Assembly (NCBI RefSeq): GCF_001677475.2
Contig: NZ_CP015229.1
Source: Escherichia coli
Lineage (GTDB): Bacteria > Pseudomonadota > Gammaproteobacteria > Enterobacterales > Enterobacteriaceae
Direction: 5' to 3' (one strand)
Length of the DNA: 64,000 nucleotides
Shown piece after piece: positions 54,427 to 64,000 of the stretch. Every line of letters begins with the position of its first letter. The first letter of the stretch is position 1. The translations under genes were made by a program, and so were the position numbers. Below the pieces are notes generated by a model. It was not told the DNA's origin. It worked only from the letters and a program-made list of their open reading frames with translations, and did not search any database.

Positions 54427-56475
54427 TTACTTGACGGGAGCGGGTTGTTCCGCGGGTCTGGCTTTTTCAAGCTTCGCCAGATCGAGTGCGATATTCACCG
54501 TCTCATCCAGATAAGGATCCGGCTCCTGGTAATCTTTCGGTAGATCATCCAGTTTCTTCAACTCCGGTTTACCTTCGCGCTTAAAGCGTTCGTTCAAACG
54601 CGCCAGACGCGTCGCATCATCTTCATTATTCTCTTTCTCACGCACAGCGTAATTCAGAGAAACGATATTGCGCTTGTCCTTCATAGCGTTGAAGCGCGCG
54701 ATATCCTTCATGATGTTCTGGAACTCTGGATCTTTCGCGATACGCGCATTATGTTCCTTCAGCAGCTCCGGTCCAAAGGCCGTCAAATCTCCCGATTTCA
54801 CATAGGTCGCGGCATCGATGCTATCCCACGGCAGCGCGTTATCTTCGAATTTCTCACCGGTTTCCGTTTCTTCATTACCCGTCGGCATGATGATGTCTGG
54901 CGTTACGCCTTTACGTTGCGTACTGCCGCCGTTAACGCGATAGAATTTCTGGATCGTGTACTGCACAGATCCCAGCGCTGGCCATTCAGGACGTAACATC
55001 TGATCGTAGATACGGTTCAATGAACGGTATTGCTGAACGGTGCCTTTACCAAACGTCGGTTCACCCACAACCAGCGCACGACCGTAATCCTGCATTGCCG
55101 CGGCAAAGATTTCTGAAGCCGAAGCACTGAAACGGTCAACCAGTACCACCAGCGGGCCTTTATAGAAGACCTGTCCGTCGGTATCGCTGTCTTCACGAAC
55201 TTTACCGTTGTTATCACGGACCTGAACAATCGGGCCGGATGGAATAAACAGACCGGAGAGCGATACCGCTTCGGTCAGCGCCCCACCACCATTGCTACGC
55301 AGGTCGATGATGACGCTGCTGACATTCTGTTTTTCCAGTTTCTGCAGTTGCACTTTGACATCGTCTGTCAACCCCACATAGAAGCCCGGAATATCCAGCA
55401 CGCCGACTTTCTCTTTACCGACGGTCTTCACCGACATTTTAACCGCGCGATCTTCGAGACGAATACGTTCACGGGTCAACGTTACAGTACGGGTCTTGGT
55501 CCCTTTACCAGCGGGTAAAATTTCCAGACGAACTTTACTGCCCTTCGGCCCTTTAATTAAGGCAACCACATCATCAAGACGCCAGCCAATCACGTCAACC
55601 ATCGGCTTGCCTGTTTGACCAACACCGACAATTTTATCACCAACGCTGATAGCTTTACTCTTCGCTGCCGGACCACCTGCCACCATCGAATTGATAACGG
55701 TGTAGTCATCATCCATTTGCAGAACTGCGCCAATACCTTCCAGCGACAAACTCATTTCAGTGTTGAACTGTTCGGTATTACGCGGGGAAAGATAGTTGGT
55801 ATGCGGGTCGATTTCACGCGCAAACGCCGTCATTGCCAGCGAGAAAACATCTTCGCTGTTGGTTTGCGCCAGACGACGAATGGCAAATTTGTAGCGGCGA
55901 GTCAGGGTTTCACGAATTTCTTTATCCGTTTTTCCTGCCAGCTTCAGGCTTAACTCGTCGAATTTGACTTTACTGTCCCACAGCGCGTTCAACTCAGCCT
56001 CGTTTTTCGGCCATGGCGCTTTACTGCGGTCAAGGTTATAAGTGTCGTTGCCGGTAAAATCCATCGGCTTTTCCAGTACCGACAAAGCGTACTGGTAACG
56101 CTCAAAACGGCGCTTTTGCGCCAAATTGTAGAGATCGTAGAAAACGTCGAGTTTTCCTGAACGTAGTTCATCGCCTAACTCGGTTTTCTTTTTCGCGAAC
56201 TGTTCAACATCGCTTGCCAGCAGCACGTTGTGGCTGTAATCGAGCAGATTCAGATAGCGGTCAAAGATTTTGGCCGAAAATGCCTGATCGAGGTCGAACT
56301 GGCGATAATGAGAACGGGTGAAGCGCGACGTTACGCGCTCACTCACCGTCGCATGCTGCGTCTCTTCCTTTAATACCGGAATTTGATCAGCACGCGTGAT
56401 ATCTTCTACAGCGAAGGTCTGGCCTGCTATTGCAAGCAGGCCAGCTAACGCGGTAAGCCTAAAAAACATGTTCAT
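54427..56475 (-). CDS. prc: Tail-specific protease Prc (Tsp)
   Basis: ORF 54427..56523; start set at MNMFFRLTALAG (signal peptide), 682 aa. Confidence 0.9.
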   Translation of the reverse strand: MNMFFRLTALAGLLAIAGQTFAVEDITRADQIPVLKEETQHATVSERVTSRFTRSHYRQFDLDQAFSAKIFDRYLNLLDYSHNVLLASDVEQFAKKKTELGDELRSGKLDVFYDLYNLAQKRRFERYQYALSVLEKPMDFTGNDTYNLDRSKAPWPKNEAELNALWDSKVKFDELSLKLAGKTDKEIRETLTRRYKFAIRRLAQTNSEDVFSLAMTAFAREIDPHTNYLSPRNTEQFNTEMSLSLEGIGAVLQMDDDYTVINSMVAGGPAAKSKAISVGDKIVGVGQTGKPMVDVIGWRLDDVVALIKGPKGSKVRLEILPAGKGTKTRTVTLTRERIRLEDRAVKMSVKTVGKEKVGVLDIPGFYVGLTDDVKVQLQKLEKQNVSSVIIDLRSNGGGALTEAVSLSGLFIPSGPIVQVRDNNGKVREDSDTDGQVFYKGPLVVLVDRFSASASEIFAAAMQDYGRALVVGEPTFGKGTVQQYRSLNRIYDQMLRPEWPALGSVQYTIQKFYRVNGGSTQRKGVTPDIIMPTGNEETETGEKFEDNALPWDSIDAATYVKSGDLTAFGPELLKEHNARIAKDPEFQNIMKDIARFNAMKDKRNIVSLNYAVREKENNEDDATRLARLNERFKREGKPELKKLDDLPKDYQEPDPYLDETVNIALDLAKLEKARPAEQPAPVK

Positions 56476-56494
56476 GCCTGGCCCGGCCTCCGTT

Positions 56495-57193
56495 TCAGAA
56501 CACCAGGTGTTCTGCGCGCACAATCAAAGACATACCCGAATTCAGCTGGACGCGGACGCCGTCTTTGGTGATTTCTAATACGGTGGCATCCATCGCGTTT
56601 TGACCCGCTTTCACCTTCAGGGCTTGTCCGACAGTCAGAGCTGAAATGTCAGAAACCGGGGTGTGCTGTTCTTCGCGAGGTGCTTTTACTGTTTTTGGCG
56701 CTTTCTCTACCGGCTTTTGCGCACGAGGTTTACGTTCAGCGCCTTCTTTGCGGCGTGGCGTGGTCGGACGTGGCTTGCGTTCGCGGCGCGGTGCGTCTTC
56801 TTTCTCACCAGCAGCTGCGGCAGCTTCGCGTTTTTTCGCTTGCTGTTCAGCACGCTGTGCCTGAACACGCGCTTTCGCTTCTTCAAGCTGCTTGCGAGCA
56901 TGCTCTACATGTTGCTCGTCCAGCTCACCGCATGGGTTGCCGTCAAGATCGACACGCGTTGCGCCGGGTTTAACACCGTAAAGGTAACGCCAGCTCGAAG
57001 TGTAGAGACGTAAAGCGGATCGCAATTGCGTTTTGCTCAGGTTCATTTCCCCGGCAACACGATCGACCAAATCCTGAAAAATACCGATTTTCAGCGGACG
57101 CGCTTCACCTTCCGCACTGAAACAGTGGGGAAAACGTTCGGCCAGAAACGCGATTACTTCTTTACTGCTATTCAACTTAGGTTGATTTTCCAT
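56495..57193 (-). CDS. proQ: RNA chaperone ProQ
   Basis: ORF 56495..57193, 232 aa; FinO-like N-domain and basic Ala/Lys/Arg-rich linker. Confidence 0.9.
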
Positions 57194-57289
57194 GAAATTT
57201 CCTGATTACAACGGACGTAGCCAACAAGCGCAGGCATGAACAGGCGTCATTATAATGACGCTATCAGTAAATGCTACGTTATCCGTTGA

Positions 57290-57787
57290 TTATCCTGCGA
57301 CGCTCGCAAAGAATTTTTTGTAATCCGTCGTTGCAAGCACTTTTTCAAGCTGTGCTACAAGCTGACGTAAGCCTTGCTCGTCCTCGTCTGTAAAGCGACC
57401 GAAGACGGTACTATCGATGTCGAGAACACCAATAATCTGATTTTTCACCACCAGCGGCAGAACAATTTCAGAATTACTCGCCGCATCACAGGCAATATGC
57501 CCGTCAAACGCGTGCACATCCTCGATACGCTGCACTTGATTGCGGGCAACCGCTGTGCCGCACACCCCGCGCCCGACGGGTATCCGAACACAGGCAATTT
57601 TGCCCTGAAATGGTCCGAGCACCAGTGTATCGTCCTCAAGCAAATAAAAACCTGCCCAGTTTACGTCAGTGAGACGCTCATATAACAACGCACTGGTGTT
57701 CGCAAGCGTTGCCAGAAAACTGGTTTCTCCTGCCATCAGCGCGTTAAAGTCGCGATTTAAATCCGCGTAAAATTCTGTTTTGTTCAT
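57290..57787 (-). CDS. msrC: Free methionine-(R)-sulfoxide reductase MsrC (GAF-domain, YebR)
   Basis: ORF 57290..57841; start set at MNKTEFYADL, 165 aa. Confidence 0.85.
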   Translation of the reverse strand: MNKTEFYADLNRDFNALMAGETSFLATLANTSALLYERLTDVNWAGFYLLEDDTLVLGPFQGKIACVRIPVGRGVCGTAVARNQVQRIEDVHAFDGHIACDAASNSEIVLPLVVKNQIIGVLDIDSTVFGRFTDEDEQGLRQLVAQLEKVLATTDYKKFFASVAG

Positions 57788-57916
57788 TATATAATCACTT
57801 GGTTGTCTTACCAGGAACTGCCAGCCTATTAAAATAAGCATTAAATGCGTTAATGCTCAAGATCATTCCCATCATGGGTTAAGATTAATGTTAATTCTTA
57901 TTACATTTGGCACGTC

Positions 57917-59200
57917 ATGGCTCTTAACACACCACAAATTACGCCGACAAAAAAGATAACAGTGAGGGCAATCGGCGAGGAACTGCCGCGTGGTGATTAC
58001 CAACGTTGCCCGCAATGTGACATGCTGTTTAGCCTGCCCGAGATAAATTCTCATCAGAGTGCCTATTGTCCGCGCTGTCAGGCAAAAATTCGCGACGGGC
58101 GCGACTGGTCGCTGACGCGCCTGGCGGCAATGGCGTTCGCTATGCTGTTGTTGATGCCGTTTGCATGGGGCGAACCGCTGTTGCATATCTGGCTGTTAGG
58201 CATTCGTATTGACGCCAACGTCATGCAAGGCATCTGGCAAATGACCAAACAGGGCGATGCGATAACGGGATCAATGGTCTTTTTTTGCGTTATTGGTGCC
58301 CCCCTCATTCTGGTGACCTCCATAGCTTATTTATGGTTTGGTAACCGACTGGGAATGAATCTACGTCCGGTACTGCTGATGCTTGAGCGACTGAAAGAGT
58401 GGGTAATGCTCGATATCTACCTGGTCGGCATTGGCGTTGCTTCTATAAAGGTACAGGATTATGCCCATATCCAGGCGGGTGTCGGCTTGTTCTCTTTTGT
58501 GGCGTTGGTGATTTTAACGACGGTGACGTTGTCACATCTCAATGTCGAAGAACTGTGGGAGCGATTTTATCCACAGCGCCCCGCTACGCGTAGAGACGAG
58601 AAACTCCGTGTCTGTCTTGGGTGCCATTTTACCGGCTATCCTGATCAGCGTGGTCGCTGCCCGCGTTGCCATATTCCGCTACGCCTGCGTCGCCGTCATA
58701 GTCTGCAAAAATGCTGGGCGGCGCTGTTAGCGTCAATCGTTTTGTTGTTACCTGCCAACCTGTTGCCTATTTCTATCATTTATCTGAACGGAGGACGGCA
58801 GGAAGATACAATTCTTTCCGGAATTATGTCGCTGGCGAGTAGCAACATTGCCGTTGCGGGAATCGTGTTTATCGCCAGTATTCTGGTACCGTTTACTAAA
58901 GTGATCGTCATGTTCACTTTACTGTTGAGCATTCATTTTAAATGCCAGCAAGGTTTACGCACACGCATTCTGTTACTGCGGATGGTGACCTGGATTGGTC
59001 GCTGGTCGATGCTCGACCTGTTTGTCATATCTTTAACCATGTCGCTGATTAATCGCGATCAGATCCTCGCTTTTACTATGGGACCGGCTGCGTTTTATTT
59101 CGGCGCAGCGGTAATTTTGACTATTCTTGCTGTGGAATGGCTGGACAGCCGCTTACTTTGGGATGCACATGAGTCAGGAAACGCCCGCTTCGACGACTGA
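57917..59200 (+). CDS. letA: Paraquat-inducible-A-like inner-membrane protein LetA (YebS)
   Basis: ORF 57917..59200, 427 aa; two CxxC zinc-ribbon-like pairs and PqiA-like TM repeats. Confidence 0.85.
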   Translation: MALNTPQITPTKKITVRAIGEELPRGDYQRCPQCDMLFSLPEINSHQSAYCPRCQAKIRDGRDWSLTRLAAMAFAMLLLMPFAWGEPLLHIWLLGIRIDANVMQGIWQMTKQGDAITGSMVFFCVIGAPLILVTSIAYLWFGNRLGMNLRPVLLMLERLKEWVMLDIYLVGIGVASIKVQDYAHIQAGVGLFSFVALVILTTVTLSHLNVEELWERFYPQRPATRRDEKLRVCLGCHFTGYPDQRGRCPRCHIPLRLRRRHSLQKCWAALLASIVLLLPANLLPISIIYLNGGRQEDTILSGIMSLASSNIAVAGIVFIASILVPFTKVIVMFTLLLSIHFKCQQGLRTRILLLRMVTWIGRWSMLDLFVISLTMSLINRDQILAFTMGPAAFYFGAAVILTILAVEWLDSRLLWDAHESGNARFDD

Positions 59201-61802
59201 AGCGCAGATTAAAAATAAACGCCGTATCTCACCTTTCTGGCTGCTGCCGTTCATCGCGCTAATGATTGCTGGTTGGCTGATTTGGGACAGTTATCAGGAC
59301 CGGGGTAATACCGTCACCATCGACTTTATGTCGGCGGATGGTATTGTCCCGGGCCGCACCCCTGTTCGTTATCAGGGCGTTGAAGTCGGAACTGTGCAGG
59401 ATATCAGCCTGAGCGACGATCTTCGTAAGATTGAAGTCAAGGTCAGCATCAAGTCTGATATGAAAGATGCGCTGCGCGAAGAGACACAGTTCTGGCTGGT
59501 GACGCCAAAGGCCTCGTTGGCAGGTGTCTCCGGGCTGGATGCCCTCGTCGGTGGTAACTATATCGGCATGATGCCAGGTAAAGGTAAAGAGCAGGATCAC
59601 TTTGTCGCACTCGATACCCAACCGAAGTATCGGCTGGATAATGGCGATCTGATGATCCACCTGCAAGCCCCCGATCTCGGTTCACTGAACAGTGGTTCAT
59701 TGGTCTATTTCCGTAAGATCCCGGTGGGTAAAGTCTACGACTATGCCATCAATCCCAATAAGCAAGGCGTGGTGATTGATGTCCTGATCGAGCGGCGTTT
59801 TACCGATCTGGTGAAAAAAGGTAGCCGTTTCTGGAACGTTTCCGGCGTTGATGCCAACGTCAGTATCAGTGGCGCGAAGGTGAAACTGGAAAGTCTGGCG
59901 GCACTGGTTAACGGTGCGATTGCCTTCGATTCACCTGAAGAGTCGAAACCTGCCGAGGCGGAAGATACCTTTGGTCTGTATGAAGATCTCGCCCACAGCC
60001 AGCGTGGCGTAATAATAAAACTGGAACTGCCGAGTGGGGCCGGATTAACCGCCGACTCGACGCCGTTAATGTATCAGGGGCTGGAAGTCGGACAGCTGAC
60101 TAAACTGGATTTAAATCCTGGTGGTAAAGTCACTGGGGAAATGACCGTTGATCCCAGCGTCGTCACCCTGCTTCGTGAAAATACCCGCATCGAATTACGC
60201 AACCCGAAATTATCCCTTAGCGATGCCAATCTCAGCGCCCTGCTGACCGGAAAAACCTTTGAGTTGGTGCCCGGCGATGGCGAGCCACGCAAAGAGTTCG
60301 TTGTTGTGCCAGGCGAAAAAGCACTGCTGCATGAACCTGATGTTCTGACACTGACCCTGACAGCACCGGAAAGTTACGGTATTGATGCTGGTCAGCCGCT
60401 CATTCTTCACGGCGTGCAGGTAGGCCAGGTTATTGATCGTAAACTCACCAGTAAAGGCGTCACCTTTACCGTCGCCATCGAGCCTCAGCATCGAGAACTG
60501 GTAAAAGGCGATAGCAAATTTGTCGTCAACAGCCGTGTCGACGTGAAGGTGGGGCTGGATGGCGTTGAGTTTCTCGGAGCCAGCGCCTCAGAATGGATTA
60601 ATGGCGGGATACGTATTCTGCCGGGCGATAAAGGCGAGATGAAAGCCAGCTATCCACTGTATGCCAATCTGGAAAAAGCGCTGGAGAACAGCCTTAGCGA
60701 TTTACCCACCACAACCGTAAGTTTGAGTGCAGAGACGCTGCCGGATGTGCAGGCGGGCTCGGTAGTGCTGTACCGTAAATTTGAAGTTGGTGAAGTTATT
60801 ACCGTGCGTCCGCGAGCTAACGCGTTTGATATCGATCTGCATATTAAGCCGGAGTATCGCAACCTTCTGACCAGCAACAGCGTGTTCTGGGCAGAAGGTG
60901 GGGCGAAAGTTCAGCTAAATGGTAGTGGTCTGACTGTACAGGCATCCCCGCTCTCCAGAGCATTAAAGGGGGCTATTAGCTTCGATAACCTCAGCGGTGC
61001 CAGCGCCAGTCAGCGTAAAGGCGACAAGCGTATTCTGTATGCTTCCGAAACAGCGGCCCGTGCGGTTGGCGGGCAAATTACGCTTCACGCTTTCGATGCC
61101 GGAAAACTGGCGGTCGGGATGCCAATTCGCTATCTCGGTATTGATATCGGGCAAATCCAGACGCTGGATCTGATTACCGCGCGCAATGAAGTACAGGCAA
61201 AGGCGGTGCTCTATCCGGAATATGTCCAGACCTTTGCTCGCGGTGGTACGCGCTTCTCAGTGGTCACACCGCAAATTTCGGCAGCTGGCGTTGAGCATCT
61301 AGATACTATCCTCCAGCCGTATATCAACGTCGAACCAGGACGGGGCAATCCTCGTCGCGACTTTGAATTACAAGAGGCCACCATTACTGATTCGCGTTAC
61401 CTGGATGGCTTAAGCATTATTGTTGAAGCGCCGGAAGCCGGTTCGTTAGGTATCGGTACACCTGTGCTGTTCCGTGGTCTGGAAGTCGGTACGGTTACCG
61501 GAATGACGCTGGGGACATTGTCAGATCGCGTGATGATTGCGATGCGCATCAGTAAACGCTATCAACACCTGGTGCGTAACAATTCCGTCTTCTGGTTGGC
61601 ATCGGGTTACAGTCTGGACTTTGGTCTGACGGGCGGCGTAGTGAAAACCGGCACCTTTAACCAGTTTATCCGTGGCGGCATCGCCTTCGCCACGCCTCCA
61701 GGTACGCCACTGGCACCGAAAGCCCAGGAAGGCAAGCACTTCCTGTTGCAGGAAAGTGAACCGAAAGAGTGGCGTGAATGGGGTACTGCGCTTCCCAAAT
61801 AA
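59169..61802 (+). CDS. letB: Multi-MCE-domain envelope-spanning protein LetB (YebT)
   Basis: ORF 59127..61802; start set at MSQETPAST, 877 aa; repeated MCE-like segments; 32-nt overlap with letA. Confidence 0.85.
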   Translation: MSQETPASTTEAQIKNKRRISPFWLLPFIALMIAGWLIWDSYQDRGNTVTIDFMSADGIVPGRTPVRYQGVEVGTVQDISLSDDLRKIEVKVSIKSDMKDALREETQFWLVTPKASLAGVSGLDALVGGNYIGMMPGKGKEQDHFVALDTQPKYRLDNGDLMIHLQAPDLGSLNSGSLVYFRKIPVGKVYDYAINPNKQGVVIDVLIERRFTDLVKKGSRFWNVSGVDANVSISGAKVKLESLAALVNGAIAFDSPEESKPAEAEDTFGLYEDLAHSQRGVIIKLELPSGAGLTADSTPLMYQGLEVGQLTKLDLNPGGKVTGEMTVDPSVVTLLRENTRIELRNPKLSLSDANLSALLTGKTFELVPGDGEPRKEFVVVPGEKALLHEPDVLTLTLTAPESYGIDAGQPLILHGVQVGQVIDRKLTSKGVTFTVAIEPQHRELVKGDSKFVVNSRVDVKVGLDGVEFLGASASEWINGGIRILPGDKGEMKASYPLYANLEKALENSLSDLPTTTVSLSAETLPDVQAGSVVLYRKFEVGEVITVRPRANAFDIDLHIKPEYRNLLTSNSVFWAEGGAKVQLNGSGLTVQASPLSRALKGAISFDNLSGASASQRKGDKRILYASETAARAVGGQITLHAFDAGKLAVGMPIRYLGIDIGQIQTLDLITARNEVQAKAVLYPEYVQTFARGGTRFSVVTPQISAAGVEHLDTILQPYINVEPGRGNPRRDFELQEATITDSRYLDGLSIIVEAPEAGSLGIGTPVLFRGLEVGTVTGMTLGTLSDRVMIAMRISKRYQHLVRNNSVFWLASGYSLDFGLTGGVVKTGTFNQFIRGGIAFATPPGTPLAPKAQEGKHFLLQESEPKEWREWGTALPK

Positions 61803-61881
61803 TGCCCACTGCTCCGGCGTGCCTGCGCCGGAGCGTTTATGCTAAACTGCGCGCCTGTTTTTTTGCCAGTGGTATATGCTC

Positions 61882-63321
61882 GTGGCCCAACATACCGTTT
61901 ATTTCCCGGACGCCTTTCTGACACAAATGCGCGAAGCAATGCCTTCGACGCTCTCTTTTGATGATTTTCTTGCCGCCTGTCAGCGCCCGTTGCGCCGCAG
62001 CATTCGCGTTAATACGCTGAAAATCTCCGTTGCTGATTTCCTGCAATTAACCGCTCCTTATGGCTGGACGCTTACGCCAATTCCGTGGTGTGAAGAAGGT
62101 TTCTGGATTGAACGCGACGATGAAGATGCATTGCCATTGGGTAGTACCGCCGAGCATTTAAGCGGCCTGTTTTATATTCAGGAAGCCAGTTCAATGTTGC
62201 CCGTTGCCGCCTTGTTTGCTGACGGTAATGCACCACAGCGGGTGATGGATGTCGCTGCTGCGCCAGGCTCCAAAACGACGCAAATTGCCGCGCGGATGAA
62301 TAACGAAGGGGCTATCCTTGCCAATGAGTTTTCCGCCAGTCGGGTAAAAGTGTTACATGCCAATATCAGCCGCTGTGGTATCAGTAATGTTGCGCTCACA
62401 CATTTTGATGGCCGCGTGTTTGGTGCGGCATTGCCAGAAATGTTCGATGCCATTTTGCTGGACGCTCCCTGCTCCGGCGAAGGCGTGGTGCGTAAAGATC
62501 CCGATGCGCTAAAAAACTGGTCACCAGAAAGCAATCAGGAAATCGCAGCTACCCAACGGGAGCTTATCGACAGCGCCTTTCATGCATTACGCCCTGGCGG
62601 TACGCTGGTTTACTCGACCTGTACCTTAAACCAGGAAGAAAACGAAGCCGTTTGCCGGTGGCTGAAAGAGACTTACCCCGACGCAGTAGAGTTTTTACCG
62701 CTTGGTGATCTCTTCCCTGGTGCAAACAAGGCGCTGACCGAGGAAGGCTTTTTGCATGTTTTCCCACAAATTTACGACTGCGAAGGCTTCTTCGTTGCTC
62801 GTCTGCGTAAAACTCAGGCGATTCCCGCCTTACCCGCCCCAAAATACAAAGTGGGCAATTTCCCGTTCAGCCCGGTGAAAGATCGCGAAGCTGGACAAAT
62901 TCGTCAGGCGGCTGCAGGTGTTGGCTTAAACTGGGATGAAAACCTGCGCCTCTGGCAGCGTGACAAAGAACTGTGGTTGTTCCCGGTGGGCATTGAAGCC
63001 CTGATCGGTAAAGTCCGATTTTCTCGCCTGGGGATTAAACTTGCCGAAATGCACAACAAAGGTTATCGCTGGCAGCATGAAGCGGTTATTGCCCTTGCCT
63101 CCCCCGACAATGTGAACGCTTTTGAACTGACACCGCAGGAAGCGGAAGAGTGGTATCGCGGGCGCGATGTTTACCCGCAAGCCGCGCCAGTGGCGGATGA
63201 TGTATTGGTTACTTTCCAACATCAGCCGATTGGTTTAGCCAAACGGATTGGTTCGCGACTGAAAAACAGCTACCCGCGTGAACTGGTGCGCGACGGGAAA
63301 CTTTTTACCGGTAACGCCTGA
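61882..63321 (+). CDS. rsmF: 16S rRNA m5C1407 methyltransferase RsmF (YebU)
   Basis: ORF 61876..63321; GTG 61882 start gives (M)[14 protein letters not shown]-binding [10 protein letters not shown]. Confidence 0.85.
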   Translation: MAQHTVYFPDAFLTQMREAMPSTLSFDDFLAACQRPLRRSIRVNTLKISVADFLQLTAPYGWTLTPIPWCEEGFWIERDDEDALPLGSTAEHLSGLFYIQEASSMLPVAALFADGNAPQRVMDVAAAPGSKTTQIAARMNNEGAILANEFSASRVKVLHANISRCGISNVALTHFDGRVFGAALPEMFDAILLDAPCSGEGVVRKDPDALKNWSPESNQEIAATQRELIDSAFHALRPGGTLVYSTCTLNQEENEAVCRWLKETYPDAVEFLPLGDLFPGANKALTEEGFLHVFPQIYDCEGFFVARLRKTQAIPALPAPKYKVGNFPFSPVKDREAGQIRQAAAGVGLNWDENLRLWQRDKELWLFPVGIEALIGKVRFSRLGIKLAEMHNKGYRWQHEAVIALASPDNVNAFELTPQEAEEWYRGRDVYPQAAPVADDVLVTFQHQPIGLAKRIGSRLKNSYPRELVRDGKLFTGNA

Positions 63322-63438
63322 CAGCGCACAAAAAAAGCGCACTTTTTGACTGGCACATTCGGCTGCCTCAACTAGGCTGATAAATGGTGCGATCGGACTG
63401 GTCGTACCACAACCGGCAGCTAAATGGAGAGCACGAAG

Positions 63439-63675
63439 ATGAAAACCAGTGTGCGCATAGGCGCTTTTGAAATCGACGACGGCGAATTACACGGCGAATC
63501 GCCGGGTGATCGAACGTTAACCATTCCTTGTAAATCAGACCCCGATTTATGTATGCAACTGGATGCCTGGGATGCCGAAACCAGTATCCCTGCCCTGCTA
63601 AATGGCGAACACTCTGTCCTTTACCGTACCCGTTACGATCAACAATCTGATGCCTGGATTATGCGTCTTGCCTGA
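63439..63675 (+). CDS. yebV: Small protein YebV
   Basis: ORF 63424..63675; start set at MKTSVRIGAF, 78 aa. Confidence 0.7.
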   Translation: MKTSVRIGAFEIDDGELHGESPGDRTLTIPCKSDPDLCMQLDAWDAETSIPALLNGEHSVLYRTRYDQQSDAWIMRLA

Positions 63676-63779
63676 TCCAAAAAGAACCCGTCAGCATGGC
63701 GGGTTATTTGTCCTGGTTATTCCCCCGTTGTAAAATCTCTCCTAAACTTAACGGTACGGCACCACACTTCGGGGATGAA

Positions 63780-63971
63780 ATGTTCGCGCTGGTACTTTTT
63801 GTTTGCTACCTGGATGGCGGTTGTGAAGATATTGTTGTGGATGTCTACAACACGGAACAGCAGTGTCTTTATTCTATGAGCGATCAACGGATCCGCCATG
63901 GCGGTTGTTTTCCGATTGAGGATTTTATAGATGGTTTCTGGCGACCAGCACAGGAGTATGGTGATTTTTAA
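63780..63971 (+). CDS. yebW: Small protein YebW
   Basis: ORF 63696..63971; start set at MFALVLFVCY, 63 aa. Confidence 0.6.
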   Translation: MFALVLFVCYLDGGCEDIVVDVYNTEQQCLYSMSDQRIRHGGCFPIEDFIDGFWRPAQEYGDF

Positions 63972-64000
63972 TTATTGCAGTTGCACAAGAGTCAGTTCGC

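Overview
This window reads as a largely ordinary enterobacterial (Escherichia coli / Shigella-type) core-chromosome segment, colinear with the K-12 interval pncA-gapA-...-manXYZ-mntP-...-prc-proQ-letAB-rsmF-yebW. I did not find a convincing novel multi-gene system. All gene identities come from reading the supplied ORF translations and from my memory of E. coli protein families and gene order; no database search was run, so names and K-12 comparisons are recollection-based. Three strain-specific lesions stand out: (1) a 2.4 kb IS21-family element (istA/istB) with imperfect terminal inverted repeats and an 8-bp target duplication, inserted between putative MntR operators and the mntP Mn riboswitch; (2) dgcP (yeaP) is split between two reading frames; (3) pncA sits about 160 bp from yeaC, so the ydjE-ydjL block that I recall lying between them in K-12 is absent. 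Lower-interest observations include a uORF overlapping the mntP start codon, a cluster of c-di-GMP genes with an AT-rich degenerate member (yeaI), and long AT-rich spacers. No rRNA, tRNA, CRISPR array or prophage was seen. Coordinates of regulatory sites and terminators are approximate.
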